NCBI GenBank assembly: GCA_002269645.1
Contig: NIVC01000217.1
Coordinates: forward strand, 434,001-498,000
From: Macrostomum lignano
Lineage: Eukaryota
Length of the DNA stretch: 64,000 nucleotides
Direction of reading: 5' to 3'
Part shown: one piece after another, positions 1-14,396 of the stretch
Layout: every line of letters begins with the position of its first letter
Position numbering within the stretch: the stretch's first letter is position 1
The notes under the pieces: generated by a model
The model's database searches: none
What the model was told of the DNA's origin: nothing
The model's input: only the letters and a program-made list of their open reading frames with translations
Translations under genes and position numbers: made by a program

Positions 1-1730
1 TCACATGTCTCTCTCCCTCACCTCTCTCCCTCTCACATGTCTCTCTCCCTTCTCACCTGTCTCTCTCCCTCACCTTTCTCTCCCTCTCACCTGTCTCTCT
101 CCCTCTCACATGTCTCTCTCCCTTCTCACCTGTCTCTCTCCCTCACCTTTCTCTCCCTCTCACCTGTCTCTCTCCCTCTCACCTGTCTCTCTCCCTCACG
201 TCTCTCTCCCTCTCACATGTCTCTCTCCCTCTCACATGTCTCTCTTCCTCACCTCTCTCTCCCTCTCACATGTCTCTCTCCCTCTCACCTGTCTCTCTCC
301 CTCACGTCTCTCTCCCTCTCACCTGTCTCTCTCTCACTCTCACCTGTCTCTCTCTCTCTCACCTGTCTCTCTCCCTCACCTGTCACCCTTCCACCTCTCA
401 CGTGTCTCTCTCCCTCTCACCTCTGGTCCTCTCACCTCTCCCCTGTCTTCATCTCACCTCTCTCACCTGTCTCTCTCTCTCCCCCTCACCAGCCCCCCCC
501 CTCTCACCTTTACCCTGCCACCCTCTCACCTCTCACCTGTCAGCCTCTCACCTCTCTACCCTGTCTCCCTCTCACCTCTCTACCCTGTCTCCCTCTCACC
601 TCTCTACCCTGTCTCCCTCTCACCTCTACCCTGTCTCTCTCTCACCTCTCTACCCTGTATCCCTCTCACCTCTCGCTCTCACCTGTGTCTCTCTCACCTG
701 TCTCTCTCTCCCCCTCACCTGTCCCCCTCTCACCTTTACCCTGCCACCCTCTCACCTCTCACCTGTCAGCCTCTCACCTCTCTACCCTGTCTTCTCCCTC
801 TCACCTCTCTACCCTGTCTCCCTCTCACCTCTCTACCCTGTCTCCCTCTCACCTCTCTACCCTGTCTCCCTCTCACCTCTCTACCCTGTCTTCTCCCTCT
901 CACCTCTCTACCCTGTCTCCCTCTCACCTCTCTACCCTGTCTCCCTCTCACCTCTCTACCCTGTCTCCCTCTCACCTCTCTACCCTGTCTTCTCCCTCTC
1001 ACCTCTCTACCCTGTCTCCCTCTCACCTCTCGCTCTCACCTGTGTCTCTCTCACCTGTCTCTCTCTCCCCCTCACCTGTCCCCCTCTCACCTTTACCCAG
1101 CCACCCTCTCACCTCTCACCTGTCAGCCTCTCACCTCTCTACCCTGTCTTCTCCCTCTCACCTCTCTACCCTGTCTTCTCCCTCTCACCTCTCTACCCTG
1201 TCTCCCTCTCACCTCTCTACCATGTCTCCCTCTCACCTCTCTACCCTGTCTCCCTCTCACCTCTCTACCCTGTCTCCCTCTCACCTCTCTACCCTGTCTC
1301 CCTCTCACCTCTCTACCCTGTCTTCTCCCTCTCACCTCTCTACCCTGTCTCCCTCTCACCTCTCTACCCTGTCTCCCTCTCACCTCTCTACCCTGTCTCC
1401 CTCTCACCTCTCTACCCTGTCTCCCTCTCACCTCTCTACCCTGTCTCCCTCTCACCTCTCTACCCTGTCTCCCTCTCACCTCTCTACCCTGTCTCCCTCT
1501 CACCTCTCTACCCTGTCTCCCTCTCACCTCTCTACCCTGTCTTCTCCCTCTCACCTCTCTACCCTGTCTCCCTCTCACCTCTATACCCTGTATCCCTCTC
1601 ACCTCTCGCTCTCACCTGTCTTTCTCTCACCTCTCTTACCTGTCTCTCTCCCCTCACTTGTCTCACTTGTCTTTCTCCCTCTCACACCTCTCTCTCCCTC
1701 TCACCTCTCTCTCTCACCCGCTCCTTTCTT
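1..1730. repeat. CT-rich minisatellite, core unit about 24 bp (ctctcacctctctaccctgtctcc)
   Basis: Direct reading; source of the spurious ORFs at 5-1800. Confidence 0.95.
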
Positions 1731-2745
1731 CCCAATAGCCTTTAAAAGCCAATTGTCCGGCTTTCACTGCCAAACGTGGTTGTCACCGAAATTCCATTGA
1801 TTTGCACTACAAGCACAGTAGTCCCCAACCGAAAATATTGGACATAAATAATACAAAATGACTGACAGCGAGTTGGACAGTTTAATTTAGTTGCCGTTTT
1901 AAATTCACTAAGCTCTCGGGCTGCTACACCATGGACGCAAATTTTCGGAATGCATGCCAGTTGCTGTATTTGAAATTTGGACCAGGGTAAAAAAAGTTGA
2001 AGTTAAACAAAAATTTCACCCTTAACAGCTAAGGGTGAATTTGTGTTGATTGCTGGGCGACCCCGCGGAAGGTATGGTGGATGATTGAGGGGGTTGGGGG
2101 TTTGGGGTTGGGGGGGAGGCTACTTACCTAGGGCAGCTAGTCATTAAATCTAAATGCCAAGCTCTTGCTTCTAGTGGCAGCAAGCGTAATAGAGAGAGAG
2201 GGAGAGTGGAGAAAGGTATTTAGTAGAATCGGCTCCCAGACTCACATGCCTATTGTTTCAAGCCATCATCATTGTTCTATTCTCGGAGCGGCTTAACTAG
2301 CTTTATGCACTTGCGTTTTCAGCAACTTTGCGTGTCATGGCTTGTTGCTACCCGCAACTCATTTTTCTTAGCAGCACAACGCGCTTCTTTTAACATGCAG
2401 GTTTTTTAATGAGACCCAGCTATGGCATTCATTCCTGTAGCACTCACTGTTCCTGCATTTCTGTTCCTGCACAGTGTCATGTGCTTTTTCCCACCACCGA
2501 TCTTCTTCTGCTGTTGCTGCTGCTGCTGCATGGCGCCAGCAACAGTTTAATCGATGCATTGTTAGGGGTGGCCACTTGCGCCATTAAAGTAAAGTGTCTG
2601 CGCTCACTCTCAGCTCTTCCTCCCTTTCTCCCCTGCTGTCTACCCCTCTTCCTCTCTTTCTCTCTCCTCCCCCTTTCCCTCTCTTTCTCAATCCCTCTCT
2701 CTCTCTCTCATTCTCTTTCTCTCTACCTCCCTCTCTCCCTCTCCC

Positions 2746-2749
2746 TCTC

Positions 2750-2812
<63 letters not shown>

Positions 2813-2835
2813 TAGACAGACAGATAGACAGACAC

Positions 2836-2900
<65 letters not shown>

Positions 2901-2965
2901 TAGACAGCCAGACAGACGGACACACAGACAGACAGACACACACACAGACAGACAGACAGACAGAC

Positions 2966-3007
<42 letters not shown>

Positions 3008-3135
3008 GCAGACAGACAGACAGACAGGCAGGCAGACAGACAGACAGACAGACAGGCAGACAGACAGACAGACAGGCAGGCAGACAGACAGACAGACAGA
3101 CAGACGGATAGACGGACACTCTGACAGACAGACAG
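2746..3135. repeat. (GACA)n microsatellite
   Basis: Direct reading. Confidence 0.95.
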
Positions 3136-3225
3136 ACAAACGAATAAATGTTTTAGTAAATATACATGTTAGTCTGAGTCATATATTGCATATGTAAATA
3201 CTGTATTAATACGATTAAATTCCAG

Positions 3226-5899
3226 TTCATCGTGAACGAGGACTTCGTCTTAATTGACCCGGACATGGAGACGCCCGTAATCCAGCCAAAGACTGTGCTG
3301 TCAGTGACCTCGGTCGATCCGCTCGAGCTGACGCTGACTCGAACCAGCCTGGCCATGCTCAACACGCTCAGTCAGGTGAAGTTTATTTTTCGAAATTCTC
3401 TTGCTTTTTTGACTACTATCAGTAGCCATAGTAGTTTTCTATTGATTTTCAAGTATGATCTTTTATTAATGTAATCCCACAATTCCCCACTCTAAAGCTA
3501 AACGATGAAACTTAAATTGCAACTTAAACCTATCATAAAGGCATCGAAAAAGTCAAATTAAAGCCCAAATAGCTCTGGCTCTCATTTTTAAATCTAGTCT
3601 AGGCTAGGCACTACATACCATCCTCAAACCCACACCACGACCCAACCTAAATTCTAAAGTCGAAAAGCTACACCAACTTAAGACTCAACCTAAATCTCAT
3701 CATAAACACCCATCCTAAACCCATCATATAAATCCCAATCTTACAACCCAATATAAGACCCACCCTCAAACCCACCCTCAAACCCACCCTCAAACCCACC
3801 CTCAAACATATCCTCAAACCCATCCTCAAATCCACCCCCAAACCCATCCTCAAACCTATCCTCAAACCCACCCTCAAACCCACCCTCAAACCCACCCTCA
3901 AACCCATCCTCAAACCTATCCTCAAACCCACCCTCAAACCCACCCCCAAACCCATCCTCAAACCCATCCTCAAACCTATCCTCAAACCCATCCTCAAACC
4001 CATCCTCAAACCTATCCTCAAACCCACCCTCAAACCCACCCTCAAACCCACCCTCAAACCCACCTTCAAACCCACCCTCAAACCCAACCTCAAACCCACC
4101 CTCAAACCCACCCTCAAACCCAACCCAAACCCACCCTCAAACCCACCCTCAAACCCAATCTAAAACCCAACCCAAACCCACCCAACCAACTCTCCCAGGA
4201 ATTCAACGACGCCTACAACCTGGGCACCCGGCCGCGCAAAGAGGCCGACGCCGCCTTTGTAATCGAGAACTGCTTAGGCGAGCCGCTCATGGTGTGCCTC
4301 TCAGACCAGCTGACCAACAAGATGCGCGGCACCAACACGAACAGCGGCGGCGATCCGAGCAGCTCATCTGTCAAACATCCGGACAGCGAAGTTCACCTGT
4401 CGCCTGGCGACAAGCTCCGCTTAGATGAGCGCTCGCGCATGGTGGCGAGGAACTCCGTTCGAGAGCTGCAGGAGTACGAGGCCGATCCGGTCAGGATTGG
4501 CTACCGCCTGCCGCGGCTGTCCATGGCTCGTCAGGCTGTGTTCCACGGCACTGAGACTCGGGCCTTCACTGCGCCGCTGCCCAGCTACCCGGATCCGTCG
4601 GGCTGTCCCATCCTGTTGGTGTCGCAGGTAAACATTCGTTTGGGTAGTGAGTGCGTGCTCAGGTATCACCATCCCAATGATGACTCTGGTGACTCTTGAC
4701 TGTTTAACGACTCAGAAGTCTCCAACTCAGGTGGTAGAATCGTAAAAAAGTCGTCCCCAGAGTCGTTCGTGTTGTGTTAGCGCTCAACTTACTACTAAAA
4801 CTCAAGTAGACTAAATAGAGTTGCTACTACAAGTCCAAATTAATCACAGTTGAAAATCGGAGTTATATCGGTGAAAGTCGGAGTAGTCGTTACGTTTTTT
4901 AAGAAAATCGACGAGTCGTCTACTTTTTCGGTCCGACTTAAGTCTTTCGGTCTGACAAAAACCGAAGAAAATCCTACAAAGATAAATGTCGGTCCGATTT
5001 TCATACATTCTTACCTACTTTCGTCTGTCAAAAATCGAGCCGACGGCACCGACTTTCCAACAAGATGAAAATCGGGTGTAAAACGACAAGATTTTCCTTA
5101 CTTTTGAGTCGTTTCGTTTAAAGTTGAAAGTCGGAGTTGAGTCCCAGCGACTTTTTAACGACTTTTTAACGACTCAAGCGCGTCTTAATTGTGACGGAGA
5201 GGCGACTGTTGCGTCAAAAATGCGTCACGTGACTTGTAGAATCGTGAAGGAGTCGTTCAAGAATTCATCAAGCGACGCAATTGCATCGCCATAAAGTTAT
5301 TTCAGAGTCGCAGAAAATAAAACGCTTCAAATTGACTCTTAGGCGACTCTTTGACAAACTTTTTTGGCGTCTTGTACCGTGACACCTTGTCGTTTTAGAG
5401 TTGTCTAGAGTCAGTTTTTTCCTATTTTACCTGTGTTTACCTGCAGCGAATCTGAGTACGCTTCTTGGCTTAGCCCGTTACAAAGTCGTTGCAGATGACA
5501 GGTAAATAGGAAAGAAGTGACTCTAAAAGTTGTCAAAAAAGTCGTCAAAGTCAACCAAGAATCACTACGACTTTAAAGCGACGGTATAACGAATCTAGGG
5601 CCGTAGAGTCGTGTTTGAGACGTGCTAAGAGTCGCTGTAGAGTCACTGAGTTGTGTTTAAAGCACTAACTAGCCTACTGACTTAGTAAGAAGATAAGCGC
5701 CAGCACAACGATTCTTGGACGACTCTTTCCCGACTCTTTTACGATTCTACAACTGACGTAACGCGTTTGTGTCTCAACGGTCGCCTCTACGTTGCATTAG
5801 ACGCGTTTGAGTCGTTAAAAAGGTCATAAAAATTGCTTTGCTTCAACTGTGTGCGTGGTTTCATTTCGCATTATCTATCTATCTATCTATCTATCTATG

Positions 5900-5934
<35 letters not shown>

Positions 5935-5935
5935 G

Positions 5936-5974
<39 letters not shown>

Positions 5975-6121
5975 ATATCTATCTATCTATCTTTGTATCC
6001 ATGTATCTATCTATCTATCTATCTATATATCTATATATCTATCTATCTATCTTTGTATCCATGTATCTATCTATCTATCTATCTATATATCCATCTATCT
6101 ATCTATCTGTCTATTTATCTG

Positions 6122-6154
<33 letters not shown>

Positions 6155-6433
6155 GTATCTATATATCTATCTATCTATCTTTGTATCCATGTATCTATCT
6201 ATCTATCTATCTATATATCCATCTATCTATCTATCTGTCTATTTATCTGTCTATCTATCTATATATCTATATATCTATCTATCTATCTATCTATCTATGT
6301 ATTTATGTATCTATCTATCCATCTATCTATCTATCTATATATCTATATATCTATCTATCTATCTATGTATCCATGTATCTATCTATCTATCTATCTATAT
6401 ATCCATCTATCTATCTATCTGTCTATTTATCTG

Positions 6434-6502
<69 letters not shown>

Positions 6503-6641
6503 GTATTTATGTATCTATCTATCCATCTATCTATCTATCTATATATCTATATATCTATCTATCTATCTATGTATCCATGTATCTATCTATCTATCTATCT
6601 ATCTATATATCCATCTATCTATCTATCTGTCTATTTATCTG

Positions 6642-6686
<45 letters not shown>

Positions 6687-6715
6687 ATATCTATCTATCT
6701 ATCTTTGTATCTATG

Positions 6716-6762
<47 letters not shown>

Positions 6763-6865
6763 GTATCCATGTATCTATCTATCTATCTATCTATATATCC
6801 ATCTATCTATCTATCTGTCTATTTATCTATCTATCTATCTATCTATCTATCTGTCTATCTATCTG

Positions 6866-6909
<44 letters not shown>

Positions 6910-9900
6910 CCTATCTATCTATCTATCTATCTACCTATCTATCTAGGTACCATTATCAGTGTACAACCTTTCTTCGCAGTATGAATATTTTTGCTATCAA
7001 AACGTTATTCTTATCCACTCAGCAGCCATGAACTGAAATTATCAGCAGGCCTTGAACTGAAATGCCATCATATTACCCCACACCCCATCAGGCCCGCTGC
7101 TACCTCGGCTCCAAAACTCTGCAAGTCCGATCCAATGTCAGCCTAAGAAACGAATCGGCCCTCCCAGTTTCTGTCAGCACCCGATCACCGGACGGCTCCG
7201 TAGCCTGGTCCTCGAGCTTGGACCCCGTGCTGCCCACCGAGGCCAACCAAGCCAGCTCCAGCCATGTCTGCCACCTGCCGCTAAGCCAGGCAGCCGAGGC
7301 TCGCGGCCATCTGTACTTTAGTTGCTACGGCCAGCCGTCCCAGCCAGTGGCCTGGTACGTTGAGGCGACGCATTCTCTGACCTTCAGGCATCCGGAGTAT
7401 CCCGACTTGGTCACGGCCTTCAACGTGTCGGTCAGGGTGAAATACGTCTATTTAGAATCGGAGCGAGACGCCAAGACTGCTAGCGATTATTTGCTGACTA
7501 TCGTGCCGAGCTACACCATTGTTAACCAGCTGCCTATCAATGTGCACTGCCAAGTGCCCGTGAGTAATGCATCCTCTGCTTTCACTTTGTCTTTTCTGAG
7601 GTTTGGGTCACTACCTCATTTTCTAATTATACATGTAGGTTTGGTAGCATGACCTCTTTGTCCTTGTTTAGGTCGTGACCTTGTTTGTCCTTCTTGTTCT
7701 AGGTCATGACCTTATTTGTTCTTCTTGTTTAGGGTCATGACCTTATTTGTCCTTCTTGTTTTGGGTCATGACCTTCTTTGACCTTCTTGTTTAGGGTCAT
7801 GACCTATGTGTCTTCTTGTTTAGGGCCATGACCTCTTTGACCTGCTTGTTTAGGGTCATGACCTCTGTGTCTTCTTGTTTAGGGCCATGACCTCTTTGAC
7901 CTGCTTGTTTAGGGACGTGACCTCTGTGTCTTCTTGTTTAGGGCCATGACCTCTTTGACCTTCTTGTTTATGGTCATGACCTCTGTGTCTTCTTGTTTAG
8001 GGCCATGACCTCTTTGACCTTCTTGTTTATGGTCATGACCTCTGTGTCTTCTTGTTTAGGGCCATGACCTCTTTGACCTTCTTGTTTAGGGTCATGACCT
8101 CTGTGTCTTCTTGTTTAGGGTCATGACCTCTTTGACCTGCTTGTTTAGGGTCATGACCTCTGTGTCTTCTTGTTTAGGGCCATGACCTCTTTGACCTGCT
8201 TGTTTAGGGACGTGACCTCTGTGTCTTTTTGTTTAGGGCCATGACCTCTTTGACCTTCTTGTTTAGGGACGTGACCTCTGTGTCTTCTTGTTTAGGGCCA
8301 TGACCTCTTTGACCTGCTTGTTTAGGGTAGTGACCTATTTGACCTTCTTGACCTCATTTTAATACACTCATATTCCATGTTGGGATTGTAGTGACTCAGA
8401 CAAAATCGGAGGGTTTGCGAGTGCACGAAGAATCTTAGAAATGGGCCGACTTGCCCTGCAAGTATATTTATATATGTGAAGAGTAAGTGCGCGTGAGTCT
8501 TACGTAATACATTGCAACACGTGACTAATAATATTTGCGCGCCAATATTGTACATCGCACTGAACTACACTACATCTCTCCTCAAATACGGCTTAAAAGC
8601 AAAATTTTAAAGTTGGGTTTAAAAAATCTGTTTTTGTTAAATTTCATTCTGTTACAATTTTAGCAAAAGTCCAGCAAAAAATACAAAAAATCAGATGCTA
8701 CTGTTTAACAAAAACCTTTTTCAAGCCTTGTAGTTCACGTTCACCTTCGCCGCCCGGGGATGTGGCCGCAACGCAATGGGCGAGGCCGCTCGCTCGCCTG
8801 CGGCTGGCTGCGGCGGAGGCGCATTCACTTCCGGTTGCGGCATCGCTGGCAGCTCGCCCGGATTGTCAGGCTCGGACTCCGGTGCCACTCGCTTTAGGTC
8901 GGTGCAGTGCCGCCTGCAAACTCTGGCACCCTGTCGTATCGTCGCCGAGTCCGCCTTGATCTCCTCGATGAGCCAGGGGTCCCACTCGAACGGCGTGTCT
9001 CCCTTGAGCGGATTCAGTCGCCGCCGCAGCACTGTGTCGCCAACCTTGAGCTTGTGCGGTCTCGCCAGTCGCTTCCGGTCTGTGTAGAGCTTGCCTTGCG
9101 CCTTTCGAAGTGCGTCGCGCTGCCGAAGCTGCCGGTCCGCGATGGCCACCGGTCTCGACGGTCTGACCGACGGGATGGAGTCGTTCAGCACGCGACCCAT
9201 GAGGAGCTCGGCAGGCGCCCGTCCAGTTGTTCGCTGAGGCGTGCACCGATAGGCCAGCAGCCACTCGTCAAGGGCCGCTCTCCAGTCGCGCTTCTGTGCG
9301 ATCGCAGCGCGCACCACCTTGTTGATGGAACGATTCAAACGCTCGGTGGCGCCGTTGGCCTGTGGATGTAACGGTGTGATGAGGCGCTGCCGAATTCCGT
9401 AGCTGTCCAGGAAGCTCTTGAACTGGGCTGAAGAGAACGGTGGGCCGTTGTCAGTAACTAACGTTTGAGGGATTCCAAACCGGACGAATGAACTCCTCAG
9501 TCGAGGGATTAGCGCCTCAGCCGTCGTGGTCTGGACAACCTCCACCTCGGGAAATCGGGAGTATTGATCGACGCAGACTAGCAGCATGCTGCCTTGAATG
9601 GGTCCTAGCAGATCCGCCCCGAGCGTCAGCCAGGCCGCCTTCGGGATGGGCGTCGGCTTTAGCGGTGATGCAGTCACGTCAGCGGCATGCGAGGTCGCCA
9701 GGCAGGCCCGGCACGTGGCTATGAAGCGCTCCGTCTCCAGTTGCATCCTTGGCCACCAGACCTTGGTGTTCAGCCGGTCCAGCGTCTTACGTGTGCACTG
9801 GTGCCCCCGGTGCGCTAGATCCAGTACAAGCCGTCGGAGCGCCACCGGGATGATGATCCGCTGGCCCCGTAGGAGCACCCCGTCCACTGCCGACAGTTCG

Positions 9901-12900
9901 TGACGCAGCGCATGCAGCGACCGCAGTTCTGCTGACTCCAGGCTCCACCGCCCTGTCTCTAAGGCGCGAATCGCCGCTTGAATTGTTGCGTCCTTTTGCG
10001 AGCTCTTCTGTACGCTGGTCAGTGACAGCGCATTTGGTACGGCCGCCTGTACAACAGCGGCGATGGAAAGTGCATCCAGCTCTTCGCCCACATTCGGTGC
10101 GGGTGTCGGCAGTGGCTGTCGGCTGAGCACGTCTGCCGGGTTGAGCGGGCCCGGCTGGTACTCGACTGTGAATTTCATATGCTGAATGCGCAATGCCATC
10201 CTTTCGATTCTCGGAGGGGGTCTCGAACTGCTGCCGAACAGAGCAACCAGTGGCTTGTGGTCGGTTTGCACCGTGAACATCGGCGCGCCGTGGAGGTAGA
10301 ATTGAAACTTTAAACAGCCGAACTTCACGGCCAACGCCTCTTTCTCTGTTTGGGAATAGCGTTGCTCAACGTCCGACAGTGTCCGGCTAGCGTATGCGAT
10401 GGGCCGCCTGGTTCCGTCCGATTGTGTCTGTGACAGGATTGCACCCAGCCCCGCTGGCCCAGCGTCGACAATGAGTTGCGTCGGAAGACGATGGTTGAAA
10501 AAGGCAAGAGAGCCACTTGACGCGATTTGAGACTTGATGTCGCTGAAGGCTTGTCTTTCCAGATCGGCCCATGCCCAGGGCTGGCCCTTCCTTGTCAGGT
10601 TGCGCAGCGGCTTTGCCAGGTCCGCCAGCCTCGGGTGAATGCGGCCAGGTAGTTGACAAGTCCCAAGAACGAGCGCACCTCCGTGACATTCGTTGGCTCT
10701 GCAAATGCATTAACTGCCTCCAGCTTTGACTCGGTTGGCCTGACTCCGTCCTTCGACAATCGCATCCCCATGAAGGTGACTTGCGTTCGTGCCAGCTTGC
10801 ACTTGGCCGGGTTGAGCGTCAGTCCGTGCTGCGCCAGCCGCTGGAGGCACTCCCGCAGATTGTTGTGATGTTCCGCCACGCTGTGGCCATAGACAATAAT
10901 GTCATCGTGGATCCATTTTACTTTTGAAAGTCCAGCCAGCACGGATGACATAACAGCTTGAAGAATTTCCTGCGCCGTTGATAGCCCCATGCAGAGTCTC
11001 GTCAGCCGCCGAAGACCTCGAGGCGTTGAAAAAGTTAGAAGATGCCGGCACTCCTCTGACACAGGGATTTGATAGAATGCTTTTGCGACGTCCAACTCTG
11101 AGAACAGCGTCGCTCCTGCCATGTCGCCTGTTACCTCCTCAAAGGTCGGTATTGGGTGTCGCTCCCTGACGACAGACTTGTTTAGCTCCCTCAGATCCTG
11201 AGTGATCCTGATCTCGCCAGGAGCTTCTTTGGGGACGACGACGATACGAGAAACCCATGGGCAGGGTCCCTCCACTGGCTCAATGATGCCTTGTTCTTCT
11301 AGGTACTGGAGCTCGGCGTCCACTGCTGGGGCGAGGTGAATTGGCACTCTTGATGGTGGATGGCACACTGGTCTTGCGCCCTCTTCCAGGAAGATGCGGG
11401 CTGCGTAGTTCTTAAGACAGCCGATTCCGTCGAAGGCCTGTGCATTTTCCTTGAGGATTTCGTCTAAAGATGGAGCACCTGGGGACTGCCGAAGGTCTTT
11501 TGGAACGCCGGCTAGCAGCCTGTCAGTCGGACACTCCGAGCGTAGCTCACACGCTGCCTTGTCTTCCGGGCCGACTCGCAGAACTCCTAGGTCTTCCGCG
11601 CTCCTGCGGCCTATTATGCAAGCACCCTTTCCGTCCAGCACCAGGAACGGAAGCGTCTCCTGGCAACCGAAAACGCTGACCTGTAGGTCGGTCTTGCCGA
11701 GCAGCTTCAGTGGCTGTTGGCTTCCATAGGGATAGACCCGATCACTGGCTGCTTGGAGCCTGGCCTTCTGTGGCATCCTTTCGAAGGCCTCTCTGTCGAT
11801 GATGTTGCAGGCCGCTCCACTGTCGATAAGCAGGGTTGTCTTGAATCCGTTGACGGTGGCTTGAGTCCATGCTGATCCGCTATTTCGGAGGCTGAAAAGC
11901 TCGTGCTCAGTGGAGTTGTCCTGCAGATATTCGACTTGCCCGTAGGAGCGATCGTCCGGTTCGTTGACAGCTCTCACGGGTATTCTGGACGTTCCCCGAC
12001 ATGCCCGGGCGAAATGGCCAATCTTACCGCAGCGTCGACATGCCTTGTCTCTAGCAGCCTCGCACGTTCGATGACCCGGCCGTCCGCAGCGCTCGCAGCT
12101 GATGCCACCGTCCTTCATTTCAGGATCCCTTCTGAATGGCTGCGACGGTCGTGCTCGGGGTGGGCCTAGCGCTGCCACGTTCGCGGTCGTCATGGTGCCG
12201 GCGCCACCTGAGCTGTTTTCTTCCATGGCCTGTGCCTGTTGCTCCGCAGCTTCCCTTGCTCGGATTCGCTTCAGTACGTCAGCTAGACAGATATCGTTCA
12301 GCTGAAGGAGCTCCCTTCTGATCTTCTCCGATCGGTAGTGGGCGACCACCTTGTCCCTGATGAGAGAGTCCCGTAGTTCTCCGAATTCGCATTGATCCGC
12401 GGCCTTGCGCAGCCGATGGTACCACGCATCGATGGACTCCCCCTCCTCCTGTCTGCAGGTCTCGAATTGGTACCGGAGGAAGACGACGCTGTTTTTCTGG
12501 TCGAAGATCTCTTGTAGCTTTTGGATGAGCTCGTTTGTAGATTTTCTTTTTGAACACTGTTGTCTTCCATAAAGTCTTCCAACTTCTCTCCCGCTGTGTA
12601 GACCAGCAACTCCAGCTGTTGTGTCGCATCTGTGATGCCAGCAGCGCGAATGTAGCTATTGAACCTCCGTGCCCAAGTCTTCCATCTCTGGGCTCGTGTG
12701 AGTGGATCGCTATCGATATCAAATGCATCTGGTGCAGTGAGTTGCAAAGCTTGGGCCATGTTTGTGTGGCTGGAACCGCGCTGGGTTAGAGAGTGATGAT
12801 CAGTCAATAGTTTGCTTGCGACGCCATGTAGTGACTCAGACAAAATCGGAGGGTTTGCGAGTGCACGAAGAATCTTAGAAATGGGCCGACTTGCCCTGCA

Positions 12901-14149
12901 AGTATATTTATATATGTGAAGAGTAAGTGCGCGTGAGTCTTACGTAATACATTGCAACACGTGACTAATAATATTTGCGCGCCAATATTGTACATCGCAC
13001 TGAACTACACTACAGGGATCATGAGCCCATAGTCATATTTAGGGTTGAGGTCATGACCCGATACGCATATTCAAGGTTGGGGTCATAACCTCGATAGCAT
13101 TGGTGCATTGGGTGCATAGCCTTTCCATTACCATGTTGGTCATTGGGCAACCTGGTCTGCACGACCTTACTGGTTCATTTCTCGTCAATCACGCTATCAT
13201 TTCCAGGGCAACGACGAGGTGAAACTAATCGAGCGAGGCGACTCATTTGATCTCTACCACGTTCCTGCCAGCAACACGCCCACCGTCAATTTGCTAGTGA
13301 GTAGTATATTTGAATAGTTTATCGCTTGTATTCTACGTGTAATATTTTAAGCCATTTATGACGAGAATAATAATTCATTATCTCAATTGCAGCTAAGTGA
13401 CTACATGGAGCGAGACTGGCGTGGCGATTTGCACCTGGCTAAGACAGCTGACAGGCCCGAGGATCAGATCTACGGGATCACCTTTGACAGCTTCATGGGC
13501 GTCTATGACAAGCTCGAGATGGTTGGTGCAGATTGGAAAATTAATTTCATTTGTTTGTTTTAATAGCACACTTGCACAATGTACACTGGCTCTCGGCCTG
13601 CCCCCCTACCCATCCCAATGTGCACTCGCTCCCGGCCTGCCCCCGACCCACCCCAATGTACACTCGCTCCCGGCCTGCCACCGACCCACCCCAATGTACA
13701 CTCGCTCCCGGCCTGCCCCCTAACCACCCCAATGTACACTCGCTTCCGGCCTGCCCCCGACCCACCCGAATGTACACTCGCTCCCGGCCTACCACCGACC
13801 CACCCCAATGTACACTCGCTCCCGGCCTACCACCGACCCACCCCAATGTACACTCGCTCCCGGCCTACCACCGACCCACCCCAATGTACACTCGCTTCCG
13901 GCCTGCCCCCGACCCACCCCAATATACACTCGCTCCCGGCCTGCCCCCCTCCCCACCCCAATGTACACAGTTTCTTAATGAAAGATATTCACCACATTTT
14001 AGCTGCTGTCGATTCGCCTGCTAGATAAGCAGTCAACTAAAAATTTCACTTTGTTCAGCACCTACTGGCTTGTGAATAAAACTGGCAAGGAGCTGCACTA
14101 CAAGGTCAGTTTTTGATCATGTCTTTCTGTTTGACTGCCTGCCTGTCTA

Positions 14150-14192
<43 letters not shown>

Positions 14193-14268
14193 GACTGTCT
14201 GTCTGTCTGTCTGTCTGTCTGACTGTCTGCCTGTTTGTCTGTCTGTCTGTCTGTCGGTCTGTCTGTCG

Positions 14269-14356
<88 letters not shown>

Positions 14357-14359
14357 GAC

Positions 14360-14396
<37 letters not shown>

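Larger units (their letters stand above)
8387..13014 (-). mobile_element. Full-length Ty3/Gypsy LTR retrotransposon (4628 bp) inserted antisense in a VPS13 intron
   Basis: Identical 188-bp TG...CA LTRs (8387-8574, 12827-13014); 5-bp TSD GGGAT at 8382-8386 and 13015-13019; PBS TGGCGTCGCAAGC next to the 5' LTR; PPT GAGGAGAGA next to the 3' LTR; domain order gag-PR-RT-RH-IN. Confidence 0.97.

Noticed and set aside
5-1800. Long ORFs of 491-587 aa, plus similar ones at 5833-7031, 18808-20363, 43430-44958, 46550-47049, 47417-47986 and 58363-59432
   Set aside because: They are stop-free translations of micro- and minisatellites lying in introns or intergenic DNA.
2448-2531. Possible antisense first exon (MQQQQQQQKKIGGGKKHMTLCRNRNAGT followed by gtgagt)
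   Set aside because: No downstream in-frame exon or homology could be traced.
12530-12560. Programmed -1 frameshift in gag
   Set aside because: The site is mid-gag rather than at the gag/pol junction, and there is no canonical XXXYYYZ heptamer; a homopolymer indel is simpler.
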